From an uncultured Gammaproteobacteria bacterium (lineage in GTDB: Bacteria > Pseudomonadota > Gammaproteobacteria > UBA9214): a stretch of 64,000 nt of DNA. The notes below the pieces were generated by a model that made no database searches, was not told where the DNA came from, and was given only the letters and a program-made list of their open reading frames with translations. The translations under genes and the position numbers were made by a program. The stretch covers positions 32,001 through 96,000 of the forward strand of contig CAVYZN010000016.1 in assembly GCA_963773065.1 (NCBI GenBank), given 5' to 3'. Of the stretch, positions 22,077 through 32,379 are shown piece after piece (position 1 is the first letter of the stretch; every line of letters begins with the position of its first letter).

Positions 22077-22105
22077 TAATTGTTGACTATAATAGTCAAC
22101 AATTA
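22077..22105. promoter_or_regulatory. type-1 IscR box
   Basis: perfect palindrome taattgttgactat-a-atagtcaacaatta; the 25-mer 22079-22103 fits ATASYYGACTRwwwYAGTCRRSTAT at 23/25. Confidence 0.85.
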
Positions 22106-22577
22106 TTTGGTGTGCCCTATAGGATCAATCAGGAAAAAATAGGATAGATAAATATTACAAACAATGGCTTAATTAACCACCTACCCTTAAGGGGATATAA
22201 GGCATAAAGCGGTCCTTGTTTGTGTGAAGAGAACGAGGACAAATGTCCGGAAATGCCATGAAAATGTATCAGCCAGATTCATTTCATGAATATTCAAGGA
22301 GACACTGTGTGTTGTCATTACGATTGGAGCAATGCCAAAGCAGGCGTCAAATGCCGGAAATCGAGAATTGATTTTGACTGCTTAATCGAATCATCTCCCC
22401 CATTGTGTGATAATGCAATGGCAGGTACTGAGCAGGTAGAGGCGGCGGGATTGGCACGGTGTTAATGAGTCAGCGATTCAGCATCTATGTCATAGGTTAT
22501 ACCTGTTTCTTATTAATCAACTGCGTATGAAGTGATTTGCTACAATCGGACCGATCATAACTCGGCAGGAGCACACC

Positions 22578-23036
22578 ATGGGATCCCAACACAAGTCGGA
22601 AGTCGATCGTCGCACGAAGTCACGTGACAGACTGGATGGTCTCGTTCAGTCCCGCACGGAAACGTTGTCCTTGTTGACCGAACTGGCAGGTCGACAGCCT
22701 TTTACCGCCGATCCTGAAATCGAACGAGCCCTGCGCCGTTTTTGCGAGGCATTGATCGACTATACGGCTAGCGCGCATTTCCAGTTGTACCGATATCTGG
22801 CGGACAACCGGGAACGTCAGGCAGTCAGTTATTACCATGGCTGACAGGATATATCCGAGAATTGTTGAAACGACGGATGTCATTTTGCGCTTCAATGACA
22901 AGTATGAAGCCATGTCACTGGACAACAGCGTCGAATTTCTCGCCGCAGATTTATCCAGCCTGGGTGAATGCCTCGCCGACCGAATCCAGCTTGAAGACCG
23001 GATCTATCAGCCGCCATGAACGGCACGAAGCATTAG
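22578..23036 (+). CDS. rsd: Rsd/AlgQ-family anti-sigma70 factor, frameshifted
   Basis: FCEALIDYTASAHFQLY, IYPRI..TT..ILRFNDKY, LS.LGE.LA.R..LED. Confidence 0.85.
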
Positions 23037-23209
23037 CTCGGTCAGTCTATGGAGAGCGCCGGCCAGGCCAGGCGTGTTCATGTATAATAACTGCGCCATA
23101 ATATATGGCATGTATCTGATTTTACCTGAATACAGTCAAGTTATCCTACGATCTGTGGTGATTGGCATGTCACGGTCAGATGATAGTACCCGCCGGGGGG
23201 CTGCCAATA

Positions 23210-23740
23210 ATGAACAGACGCGAATTCCTGCGACTCGGCAGCGGGGCAGCCGCCATCCTGATCGTACCGGCGGGTTTACCAAACCGGATCTCCCTCTGGA
23301 ACGCTCCCTCGGTTTCTATAATACCCACACCGACGAAACACTGAAAACCGTCTACTGGGTGGAAGGAAAATACCAGCCTGATGGTCTGTCGGAGATCGAC
23401 CGGATTCTCCGTGATCATCGCACAGGTGATGTCTACAAGATGGATAAAAGGCTTGCTGGACCTACTGTATATGCTGCAAACCCGGATTGGACGCACGGAC
23501 AGGTTCCACATCATTTCCGGCTACCGTTCCCCCGCCACCAATGCGAAACTGCACGCGCAGAGTGCCGGCGTCGCAAAGCACAGCTATCACATGCAAGGAA
23601 AGGCCGTTGATATACGGCTGCCCGGCTATGACCTGAAAAAACTGCATCAGGCCGCGTTGGCTTTGAAGGCCGGCGGTGTGGGTTGCTATCCTTCCTCGAA
23701 TTTCATCCACGTGGATGTGGGGCCGGTGCGTCATTGGTAG
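23210..23740 (+). CDS. YcbK/DUF882 peptidase M15 family protein with Tat signal, frameshifted
   Basis: MNRREFL; FYNTHTDE; IISGYRSPATN; HSYHMQGKAVD; FIHVDVG. Confidence 0.88.
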
Positions 23741-23985
23741 TCGAGGATACGCATACCGCCGATTATCCTGCCGCAACAGCAGGCCGTGGGCGTTCAGGCA
23801 TCCCCGCTTCATTTTCCCTGTCGCATGCCCGCAGGGAATAATAATTGCTGTACCGGTTTGCCGGACCCATTCCCATTCCGACCTTAATTTTCGTACAGTT
23901 AGTTGTAATATCCGCTGTCTCGCGCATTTATTTTAGCCGGCGGGATCTGACATATACTGCAGCAGTCAGAAACGGAGTAGCTCCA

Positions 23986-24786
23986 ATGCAAGTAGACGAT
24001 TGCGCACCGGCGACAATCCGGACACTGCTAGACATCATGGCCCGGCTGCGTGACCCGGATAATGGCTGTCCCTGGGACAGGCAACAGGATTTCCGCAGCA
24101 TTGCGCCCTATACCCTGGAGGAAGCCTGCGAGGTCGTTGATGCGATCGAGCGTGATGACAGGGCTGACCTTCAGGACGAGTTGGGTGATCTGTTGTTCCA
24201 GGTGGTCTATCATGCCCAGTTGGCCAGTGAGTCCGGGTGGTTTGATTTTTCCGATGTCGTGCGGGGCATCTGCGACAAGATGGTCCGCAGGCATCCGCAC
24301 GTCTTCGCCGACGTGGTTATTTCCGATGCCGATGCGCAGACCCATGCTTGGGAGAGGCACAAGCAAGGGGAGCGGGGCGAGCTTCCCGGCGGCAGCGCGC
24401 TTGACGGCGTGCCCCTTGTGCTGCCGGCGCTTATGCGTGCCAACAAGCTGCAGAAGAAGGCATCCCGCGTTGGTTTCGACTGGCCGGATATACTGGGTGT
24501 TTTCGACAAGGTGGATGAGGAACTGGACGAACTGCGCGTCGAAATCGATAACGGCCTGGATCAGGAGGCGCTGAAAGATGAGGCCGGAGACCTGTTGTTC
24601 GCCGTAGTCAACCTGGTGCGTCATGCGGGGGTGGAACCCGAATCCGCCCTGCGCCAGGCCAACAGGAAATTCACGAAACGATTTCACCAGGTTGAGAAAC
24701 ACTGTCATGAAGATGGAATCAGCGTCAGCGAAACCGATCTCGATACACTGGACTGGTATTGGGATCAGGTAAAACTTAAGGAATGA
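23986..24786 (+). CDS. mazG: nucleoside triphosphate pyrophosphohydrolase
   Basis: LRDPDNGCPWD, ELGDLLFQVV, RRHPHVF, VGFDW, GDLLFAVVN. Confidence 0.95.
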   Translation: MQVDDCAPATIRTLLDIMARLRDPDNGCPWDRQQDFRSIAPYTLEEACEVVDAIERDDRADLQDELGDLLFQVVYHAQLASESGWFDFSDVVRGICDKMVRRHPHVFADVVISDADAQTHAWERHKQGERGELPGGSALDGVPLVLPALMRANKLQKKASRVGFDWPDILGVFDKVDEELDELRVEIDNGLDQEALKDEAGDLLFAVVNLVRHAGVEPESALRQANRKFTKRFHQVEKHCHEDGISVSETDLDTLDWYWDQVKLKE

Positions 24787-24907
24787 AGCGTGCGACCGCT
24801 TGCCGACCGGCGCTTGTCGATGTACAGATGTTTGGGTAACAGTAGGGCGGCATACCCCGCCGTGTACCCCATGTTCGATACACATCAGAGCCTGAGAGCA
24901 TGACAGC

Positions 24908-25726
24908 ATGACAGAGAATCATCCCGGAAACGTCATTGAAATCGAGGACCTCGTGACCCATTACGGGACCAGGGAGATCCTGAAAGGGATAAACCTTGCC
25001 ATCCGCTCGGGTGAGATCATGGTCATCATGGGAGGCAGCGGATCCGGCAAGACCACGTTGATGCGCAACCTGCTGGGGCTGAATCGCCCGACCTCGGGCC
25101 GTATTCGTATTCTTGGAAAGGACATCACACAAATCGGCACGCGTGAGCTTTATGAGCTGCGCCGCAAGATGGGCGTTGCATTTCAGGGCGGGGCCTTGAT
25201 TGGTTCCATGAGCGTCGCCGAAAACATCGAACTGCCGCTGCGCGTCCATACCAGGCTTGATGAAAAGACGATACGCATCATGACGCGCATGAAACTCGAG
25301 GTGGTGAATCTTGCCGGGTTCGAGAACCTGATGCCCTCGGAGCTTTCCGGCGGCATGCTCAAGAGAGCGGCGCTGGCGCGCTCGATCATCATGGATCCGA
25401 GCCTGCTGTTCTTCGATGAGCCATCCGCGGGACTGGATCCGGTCGTTTCCGCCGAGCTGGATGAGCTGATCCTGCGTCTCAAGGACGCGATGAGCGTCAC
25501 CATCGTTGTGGTTACCCATGAACTCGAAAGCGCCCTCAAGATTGCCGACAGGATTACGGTGCTCGGGGACGGGCGTGTGCTGATGACCGGGACGGTTGAG
25601 GAGATAGGCAATAGTACTGATGCGACGATCCAGGGCATGCTCAATCGCCGCCCCAGAGAGGAGGCGGTGAATGCGGAGGATTACCTGGCGCGACTTACCG
25701 CTGACCGCAGCCAGCGGCATTACTAG
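24908..25726 (+). CDS. mlaF: MlaF/Mkl-type ABC ATPase
   Basis: GGSGSGKT, ELSGGM.KR, FFDEPSAGLDP, VVVTHE; convergent with mlaEDAC. Confidence 0.88.
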   Translation: MTENHPGNVIEIEDLVTHYGTREILKGINLAIRSGEIMVIMGGSGSGKTTLMRNLLGLNRPTSGRIRILGKDITQIGTRELYELRRKMGVAFQGGALIGSMSVAENIELPLRVHTRLDEKTIRIMTRMKLEVVNLAGFENLMPSELSGGMLKRAALARSIIMDPSLLFFDEPSAGLDPVVSAELDELILRLKDAMSVTIVVVTHELESALKIADRITVLGDGRVLMTGTVEEIGNSTDATIQGMLNRRPREEAVNAEDYLARLTADRSQRHY

Positions 25727-25844
25727 AGGTCCCCGGCCCTGAAATTAACCAACAATGCCAAGACGCAAAGGATTTGATTGTCAGGTTGTTAAAGTTTCAT
25801 TGCGGGCTGTGGTCTTGCGTGAAACGGTGTTATGCGACACTTGC

Positions 25845-26445
25845 CTAGGATGGCTGGTTGGCAAGTTCCCTGACTTTCTCTTCCATCTTCGCCAGCAGGC
25901 CGGTGAAGCCTTCCTTCATCACGATTTCCTGATACGAGGTGCGGTAGTTGCTGATCAGGCTTACTCCTTCGATGCTGACATCATAGACCAGCCACCGCTC
26001 ATCCTTCAGGTGCAGCTTGTAGCTGACGGGTATCTCCGCGTTGCTGGTAATGATCATGGTATCCACAACCGCGCGGTCATCCATGACCTTCTCCCGCGAG
26101 TATACCACCGTTTCGTTGGTATAGGCTTCGACCCGGCCAATATAGGTGTTCTGGATCAGTTCGGCGAACAGGTCAACGAAATGTTGTTGCTCCTCCTTCG
26201 ATGCCTTTTTCCAGTTGGTGGCGAGGGTGCGCTGGGACATGGCGCGGAAATCAAAACGCTCGGTAATCACAACCCGTATTTTCTCGCGCCTGGCCGGTTG
26301 ATCCAGTCTGTGTATCCTTGAGTATGCCGATGATGGCTTCCACCGACGTGCGCACGGACTCGGTGGCGGTGGTCCCGGCAAAAGTCGTGCTTGCCAGTGT
26401 CGTCATGAAACCGAACAGTAACGGCAGGGAGAAACGTTTCAGCAT
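25845..26445 (-). CDS. mlaC: MlaC/Ttg2D phospholipid-binding protein, frameshifted
   Basis: FDFRAMSQRTL..W, WLVYDVSIEGVSLISNYR. Confidence 0.9.
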
Positions 26446-26511
26446 AATCGATGCCTCCTTACGGCATACGCCGGGTTCAGGTGATAGCACGCCCGTGGTT
26501 ACGCCCATGAG

Positions 26512-27280
26512 TCAGTTCTTGACCTTGTTCTCGCGGTATTGCATATAGGCATCCCGTACAAACAAATAGGGATCCAGAGCATCCTTCTTGATGGCCTCAT
26601 AGGTATCCTTGTCCAGCGACAGGTCATTGATTTTCTCATAGCCCTTGACCTCCCAGTAAGTCCAGCCCTCAAACAGGTAGTAGAGCAGATTCATGCGTGA
26701 ATCGGCGAAGGTGCCAATGGCATCCCTGACATCCGAGGGTCCCAGTATCGGCAGCACCAGATAGAAACCCGGTCCGATGCCATAGTGTCCCAGCGTCTGG
26801 CCCGTATCCTCATCCTGTTTTCTCAGATTAAAATGGTCCTTGGCCGTATCGAACAGGCCGCCGATCCCGAGTCGTTGTATTGACGAAAAAACGGGTCAAC
26901 TCATTTCCGGCAACCGTGAACTTGCCCTGGAAGCCCGCATTAACAATTCTAACGGGTGATGCCAGGTTGGAAAAAACATTCTGCACGGATACCCGCCAGG
27001 GCTCGGGCACGGCCCACCGGTAACCCCTGGCGACCGGTTTGAAGAGGTAGAAATACAGCTTGTCGTTAAACCAGAAGATGCCGCGATTGAGGGGCTGGAG
27101 CGGGTCGGAAACACTGTATTCCTCTTGCTCCTCATCAAACGGAAACTCGTCTTCTTCATTGTTCTGTGTATCCCCGGCAGCATCGGTCTGCGTCGCTTCA
27201 ATGGCGTCAGACCCGGGGTCCAGACTCGCGGCGGTCGGTGGGTAGGTAAGCACCAGCACAAGGATAAGCAGTTTTTTCAT
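26512..27280 (-). CDS. mlaA: MlaA/VacJ lipoprotein, frameshifted
   Basis: DPLQPLNRGIFWFND, RFFVNTT, LPILGPS.VRD, DPYLFVRDAY.Q.R. Confidence 0.9.
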
Positions 27281-27300
27281 GGTATCCCCTGAAACCATCG

Positions 27301-27747
27301 TTATTTTTTCTCGAATATGTATTTGCTGACCAGTTCTTCCAGGCTGATGGCCGATTCGGTTTCCTGAATCTCGCCACCCGGGCCCAGATAATCTTCCGAC
27401 CCGCCGGGGGTGAGTTTGATGAAGCGGTCGCCAATAATACCGGCTGTCCTGATCGAGGCAATGCTGTCATCGCTGAGATGGACAGCCTGGCTGATATCCA
27501 TGTGGACCACGGCCTCGTAATCCTCGCCATCGAGCTCGATCCCGGACACCTTGCCCACCTTGACGCCGGCCAGTTCAACGACCGCGCCTTCCTTGAGCCC
27601 GCTGATGGAAACGAACCGCGCCGAGACCGGGTATGACTTATCCATGAACAGGCGAATATCGCCCATCTTGATGGCAATAAAGGAAAAGCTGGCAAAACCC
27701 GCCAGCAGGAAGAGCCCCACGATCATTTCCAGGTTCATTTTTTTCAT
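27301..27747 (-). CDS. mlaD: MlaD (MCE domain)
   Basis: F.SISGLKEGA.V.LAGVKVGKV, IRTAGIIGD, LEELVSKY. Confidence 0.92.
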   Translation of the reverse strand: MKKMNLEMIVGLFLLAGFASFSFIAIKMGDIRLFMDKSYPVSARFVSISGLKEGAVVELAGVKVGKVSGIELDGEDYEAVVHMDISQAVHLSDDSIASIRTAGIIGDRFIKLTPGGSEDYLGPGGEIQETESAISLEELVSKYIFEKK

Positions 27748-27793
27748 AACTGGCTCCAAGTCGTCCGGTCACTGAAAGCCACCGGCGGTCTTC

Positions 27794-28585
27794 TCATGAA
27801 AGCACCAGTGACCCGATCAGGTAATCCCACACGAGTATAGTGACCGAGGCGAGCACCACGGCATCGGTCGTGATGCGGCTAACCCCCTCGGCGCCGAACA
27901 CGCCGCCGCGGTTGAGGTGCAGGAAATACCCCTTAAATGAGGCTATCCAGACGATGAGTACGCCGAAGATCATGGCCTTGATGGCGCACAGGCGGATGTC
28001 CACCCATTCCACGCTGTCATACATGCCCTGGAAATACGCGCCTTTCGCCACGCCCAGGAATACGACCCCGGCAAGATAACCGCCGATGATGCCAAGGATG
28101 TTGAAGATGAAGGTCAGCGCCGGCAGCGAGATGAGCGCGGCGATGAACTTGGGTGCGATCAGGAACTTGTAGGGATCGATGGCCATGCATTCCAGTGCAT
28201 CGATCTGTTCCGAGTGGCGCATGATGCCGATTTCCGCGCAGATGGCCGATCCGGCGCGACCGATCACCATCAGCGCCGTGAGCACCGGGCCCAGCTCCTG
28301 AATGAGGCTGAGCGCGACCGCCGAGCCGAGCAGTTCCTCCGAGCCGAATTTCTTGAGGTTGTGATAGCCCTGCAATCCGAGCACCATGCCGGTAAACAGG
28401 CCGGTGACCAGGATGACGATGACCGAGCGCGCGCCGATGAAATAGACCTGCCGGATAACGGGGTAGAGGGTGTAGGGCGGTTTCAGGATATTGATCAGTG
28501 TGGTGGCGAAGAAGATGCCCATCCTGCCAGAATTCTCAAGCAGATACAGAAATTCCCGGCCGAGTTTCTCGATCGCGCCACGCAT
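27794..28585 (-). CDS. mlaE: MlaE permease
   Basis: GMVLGLQ, ELGPVLTAL, GRAGSA..AEIG.M..EQIDAL. Confidence 0.92.
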   Translation of the reverse strand: MRGAIEKLGREFLYLLENSGRMGIFFATTLINILKPPYTLYPVIRQVYFIGARSVIVILVTGLFTGMVLGLQGYHNLKKFGSEELLGSAVALSLIQELGPVLTALMVIGRAGSAICAEIGIMRHSEQIDALECMAIDPYKFLIAPKFIAALISLPALTFIFNILGIIGGYLAGVVFLGVAKGAYFQGMYDSVEWVDIRLCAIKAMIFGVLIVWIASFKGYFLHLNRGGVFGAEGVSRITTDAVVLASVTILVWDYLIGSLVLS

Positions 28586-28680
28586 GGATAGTAAATGCCC
28601 TGGATGTCCTTGGTGTAGTCAGCGTACCGGCAGGCGAGGGATGATAGCGCATTTCATCGACGCCGGCGGGAACGCGGTGT

Positions 28681-29007
28681 TCATGCTTTTATCCCTTCCT
28701 CGACGGTTGCATACAGGGTGAAAACCGTGTCAAGCCGGGCCAGTTCCAGGACGCGTCGGGTCGGCTCGCTGGCCGCCACCAGGGCAAACCTGCCGCCATT
28801 GCGCTTCGACGCCTGCAGTGCCTCGACCAGCGAGGCGACGCCGGAACTGTCGATGTAGGTCACGCTGGAGAGGTCAACCAGGACCCTGCCGGCGCCATCG
28901 ACGGTTTTCAGCAGGATTTCGCGGGCGGCGGGCGAGCTTTCGAGATCCACGTCGCCTTTCAATACCACGATGGATGCGCCTTGTTTTTTGATAACCTCAT
29001 GTTTCAT
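28681..29007 (-). CDS. STAS anti-anti-sigma factor (RsbV/SpoIIAA-like)
   Basis: LVDLSSVTYIDSSGVASL with the phosphoacceptor Ser. Confidence 0.9.
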   Translation of the reverse strand: MKHEVIKKQGASIVVLKGDVDLESSPAAREILLKTVDGAGRVLVDLSSVTYIDSSGVASLVEALQASKRNGGRFALVAASEPTRRVLELARLDTVFTLYATVEEGIKA

Positions 29008-30763
29008 CTTTGTGTCTCTTGAAGAATTTTACCATCCGCAGCAGATTTCCCTGGCCGGAAGGCGCGGGAAGATACTCCACCCTGTCCATGATGTTGTGAA
29101 TCAGGCACACGCCCAGCCCGCCGGGGTGCACCTCCTTCGGCCACACGGGCTTGACCTTCTCCTGGTCAACCGGAGGGGCCGAGTCTGTCAGGCAAAATTC
29201 CAGTATGCCGTCACGGCACAGGATCTCCAACGTGGCCTCACCATCGGCGACCCCCTTATAGGCGTGGCGGACCACATTCTGGCAGGCCTCCCCGACGGCG
29301 ATGACCAGGTCCTGCGCCAGGGCGGGCGGGCAGCCGCATTTCTCGCAGGTCTCGCGCACCACCTCCCGTACCGGCTGCAGTTCTTCCGCGCGGGCCGGGA
29401 AGGTAAGGCTGACCAGTGGCTCGGCGCAGCGGTTGGCGTCGTCTTTCATCATCTGGCGTGTCGGGTCCTCCACCGCCAGGATGGTGATATCATCATGGCG
29501 TTGTTGTCCGCTGTCCCTGAGCCGCGAGACGACGGATTGAATGCGCGCGGCGGCGGAATCCGCGTTGCACTCGGTGATGATCGCCTTAAAGCCCTGCACG
29601 TCGAGCCGCTGTCCGGTCCTTACCCTGCCTTCGGTGACACCGTCCGTGAATATGTAGAGTGTGCCACCATCGAGATCGATTAGCTCCTCCCGAATACCGT
29701 TCAACCCAGGTTTCAGCGGCATGATACCGAGTGGCGGCACGCTGGCGGGCACCGGGGTGAAGCTTCCGTCGGGGCGATGTATGAGGGGCGGTTCATGGCC
29801 GGCATTGGCCAGTCGCACCCTGCCGGTGGCGGGATCCAGCATTCCGCAAACCATGGTGACAAACATGCCGTGTATGGCCGTCTCGCAGAGTTCCCTGTTG
29901 ATGGTTGCCAGCAGGGCGCCGGGATCATGTAAGGTCTTGCCCATGCAGCGGAACAGGCTGGCCGTTTTGGACATGAGCAGTGCCGCGTCCATGCCCTTGC
30001 CGGAGACGTCCCCCAGACTGAAATAGATGCGGCCGTCTTCCAGTTCGAAGTAGTCGTAGAAATCTCCCGAAACCTCGTAGGCCGGCAGGTTGATCCCACA
30101 TACCGGGAACGGCGCCGGGCGCGCCGCTGGCAGCAGGCTGCGCTGCATTTCGATGGCAAGTTCAATTTCACGGTTGACGCGTTCCTGCTGCACCAGTACC
30201 TCCGCCATGCGGGCATTCCGGACGGCAAGGGCGGCCGCCGCCGTGAGGGTCTGCAGCATCATGAGATCCGTCTCGGAAAACAGGCCGTTTCCCTCCTTTT
30301 TGTTGATGAGTTCGATGGCGCCAAGCCGGATGTTCTGGGTGCTCATGGGTGAACACAGGATGGAACGGGTGTGGAAACCGGTGGTTTCATCGACGAAGTG
30401 AGTAAAGTTCGGATCCGTACTGACATCGCGCACCATGCGGCTGGAATTTTCCCTGACGCATTGTCCCACGATCCCTTCGCTGGCCTTCAAGGTGATGCCG
30501 CGTATATCGACCGGTCCGACGCTGGCCTTGCAGGTCAGCCGCAGGCCATTGTCTTCGAGAAGAAACAGGGAACCCGCCTCGGCGTTGACATACTTGGTGA
30601 TCAGTTCGAGCGCCTTCTGAATGGTGTCCTCGATGTTGAGTGTGACCGCCAGATGGCCGCTCATCTTGGCCAGCAATTCGAGATGCCCGGCCAGCGCCGG
30701 TGACTTGCGCCGATCCAGCCGGTTTGGATCCCTGCGTTCGCCTCCCGGGGGTAAGCTTTTCAT
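28997..30763 (-). CDS. GAF + SpoIIE/PP2C phosphatase + RsbW-like HATPase fusion
   Basis: GAF (TGFHTRSILCSP..ELINK), VSGDFYD..GDVSGKG..NAGH..TDG..DDIT, EACQNVVRHAY..GGLG. Confidence 0.9.
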   Translation of the reverse strand: MKSLPPGGERRDPNRLDRRKSPALAGHLELLAKMSGHLAVTLNIEDTIQKALELITKYVNAEAGSLFLLEDNGLRLTCKASVGPVDIRGITLKASEGIVGQCVRENSSRMVRDVSTDPNFTHFVDETTGFHTRSILCSPMSTQNIRLGAIELINKKEGNGLFSETDLMMLQTLTAAAALAVRNARMAEVLVQQERVNREIELAIEMQRSLLPAARPAPFPVCGINLPAYEVSGDFYDYFELEDGRIYFSLGDVSGKGMDAALLMSKTASLFRCMGKTLHDPGALLATINRELCETAIHGMFVTMVCGMLDPATGRVRLANAGHEPPLIHRPDGSFTPVPASVPPLGIMPLKPGLNGIREELIDLDGGTLYIFTDGVTEGRVRTGQRLDVQGFKAIITECNADSAAARIQSVVSRLRDSGQQRHDDITILAVEDPTRQMMKDDANRCAEPLVSLTFPARAEELQPVREVVRETCEKCGCPPALAQDLVIAVGEACQNVVRHAYKGVADGEATLEILCRDGILEFCLTDSAPPVDQEKVKPVWPKEVHPGGLGVCLIHNIMDRVEYLPAPSGQGNLLRMVKFFKRHKDET

Positions 30764-30972
30764 CTTGTTTGGGTTCTGCCGGTAGTCATAATGCGGTACT
30801 GTTTTCAGGATATGGCATTATATAGCGATTCGGGATAGCGGGTGGCGAGTGATGGATATTGGATTAAGTTGCCGGCCGTGTTAGCGCGCCGGCAGTCATT
30901 CTGTATGAACGCGATGTGTGGCCCGTTGGCTAGTCAGAATACTTCCATTCCCATGTTATTTCACGGTATTGC

Positions 30973-32379
30973 ATGATGGTTGCGCACGCTCATTTGAATG
31001 GTGTGAAAACGGCTACGAGGTGCTTTTCTGCCTGGCTTCACCAGGCGCCACGCTCCACGCGCGCGCGGCGGTTGGCGCGTGTGATCTGCCTGCTCTCGTT
31101 AATCCAGCCATGCGCCCGCAATGTCCCGGCGGCAGATGACGGCACCGGTTCCGCGGCGGGGGCGGCGATTGAGCCCGCAACCCTGGCGGTCATCGTGAAC
31201 GATGCCGACCCGTTAAGCCGGCGCATCGGCGCCTATTACGCACAGCGGCGCCATATCCCGGAAAAAAATCTGATTCATGTGAGTTTCGCGCCGGGTAATG
31301 CGGACATGACGCGCGGGGAGTTCGAGCGGGTCATGGCGAGCGTGAACGCCCGGGTATCTCCATCGGTCCAGGCCTATGCGTTGGCCTGGACCGTGCCCTA
31401 CCGGGTTGATTGCATGTCGATCACCACGGCCTTCGCCGCCGGTTATGACCCGGCATTCTGCGCCTCGGGTTGCAAGGCGACGCGGGCAAGCCCCTACTAC
31501 GATTCCGACAGCCGCCGGCCCCATGATGACTACACCTGGCGTCCGGCGATGATGCTGGCCGGAACCGGTTTCGATGACGTCAAGGCCCTGATCGATCGCG
31601 GGGTTGCGGCCGATGGCGCCCATCCGCGCGGAACCGCTTACCTGGTGAGCACCAGCGACACGGCGAGAAACGTGCGCAGTCGCTTTTATCCCGGCATTAT
31701 CCTGATGCAGTCGGATCGTTTCGCAGTTGAACTGATCAAGGGCGATACGCTGCGTTACCGCACGAATGTGATGTTCTACTTCACCGGACTTGCCAAGGTG
31801 AGCGGGATTGAAACCAACCGCTATTTGCCCGGCGCCATCGCCGACCATCTGACCTCGGGCGGTGGCATATTGACGGGCAACGGGCAGATGAGCAGTCTGC
31901 GCTGGCTGGAGGCCGGGGCGACGGGAAGCTACGGCACGGTCGTGGAACCCTGTGCGTTCACCCAGAAGTTTCCGCGGCCCGACATCGTGATAAACCGCTA
32001 CCTGGATGGCGAATCGCTCCTGGCGGCTTACTGGAAAAGCGTCGCCTGGCCGGGGCAGGGGGTTTTTATCGGCGAACCCCTGGCGGCTCCTTTCCGGGAT
32101 GGCATCGCGGACAAACAGGACGGGAGCCGGCGTTGCCCGCCGCCGCGGGTCAGAACTGAGGCGATGCCCCACGGGAACCGGAGCGACGCGCTTGCAACGC
32201 GGCTGTGCGCGGCCGGTCTCACGGACACGGAAGGGCCGGCGCGGCGACGGGACACAGGGCCGCGGCGGCCTTCGGTTCGGGTAACGTGCGAGCGGTTTTT
32301 TGGGTTACCATCGCTCATCACTCGATGGAAATGGGACACAAGACGTGAAGCGATTCAAGAATATCCTGTTTGTTCATGA
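30973..32379 (+). CDS. TIGR03790-like exported protein (both ends uncertain; true end probably near 32150)
   Basis: LAVIVN..S..IG.YY..R.IP; PGAIADHLTS.GG; GATGSYGTVVEP; IGEPL. Confidence 0.8.
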   Translation: MMVAHAHLNGVKTATRCFSAWLHQAPRSTRARRLARVICLLSLIQPCARNVPAADDGTGSAAGAAIEPATLAVIVNDADPLSRRIGAYYAQRRHIPEKNLIHVSFAPGNADMTRGEFERVMASVNARVSPSVQAYALAWTVPYRVDCMSITTAFAAGYDPAFCASGCKATRASPYYDSDSRRPHDDYTWRPAMMLAGTGFDDVKALIDRGVAADGAHPRGTAYLVSTSDTARNVRSRFYPGIILMQSDRFAVELIKGDTLRYRTNVMFYFTGLAKVSGIETNRYLPGAIADHLTSGGGILTGNGQMSSLRWLEAGATGSYGTVVEPCAFTQKFPRPDIVINRYLDGESLLAAYWKSVAWPGQGVFIGEPLAAPFRDGIADKQDGSRRCPPPRVRTEAMPHGNRSDALATRLCAAGLTDTEGPARRRDTGPRRPSVRVTCERFFGLPSLITRWKWDTRREAIQEYPVCS

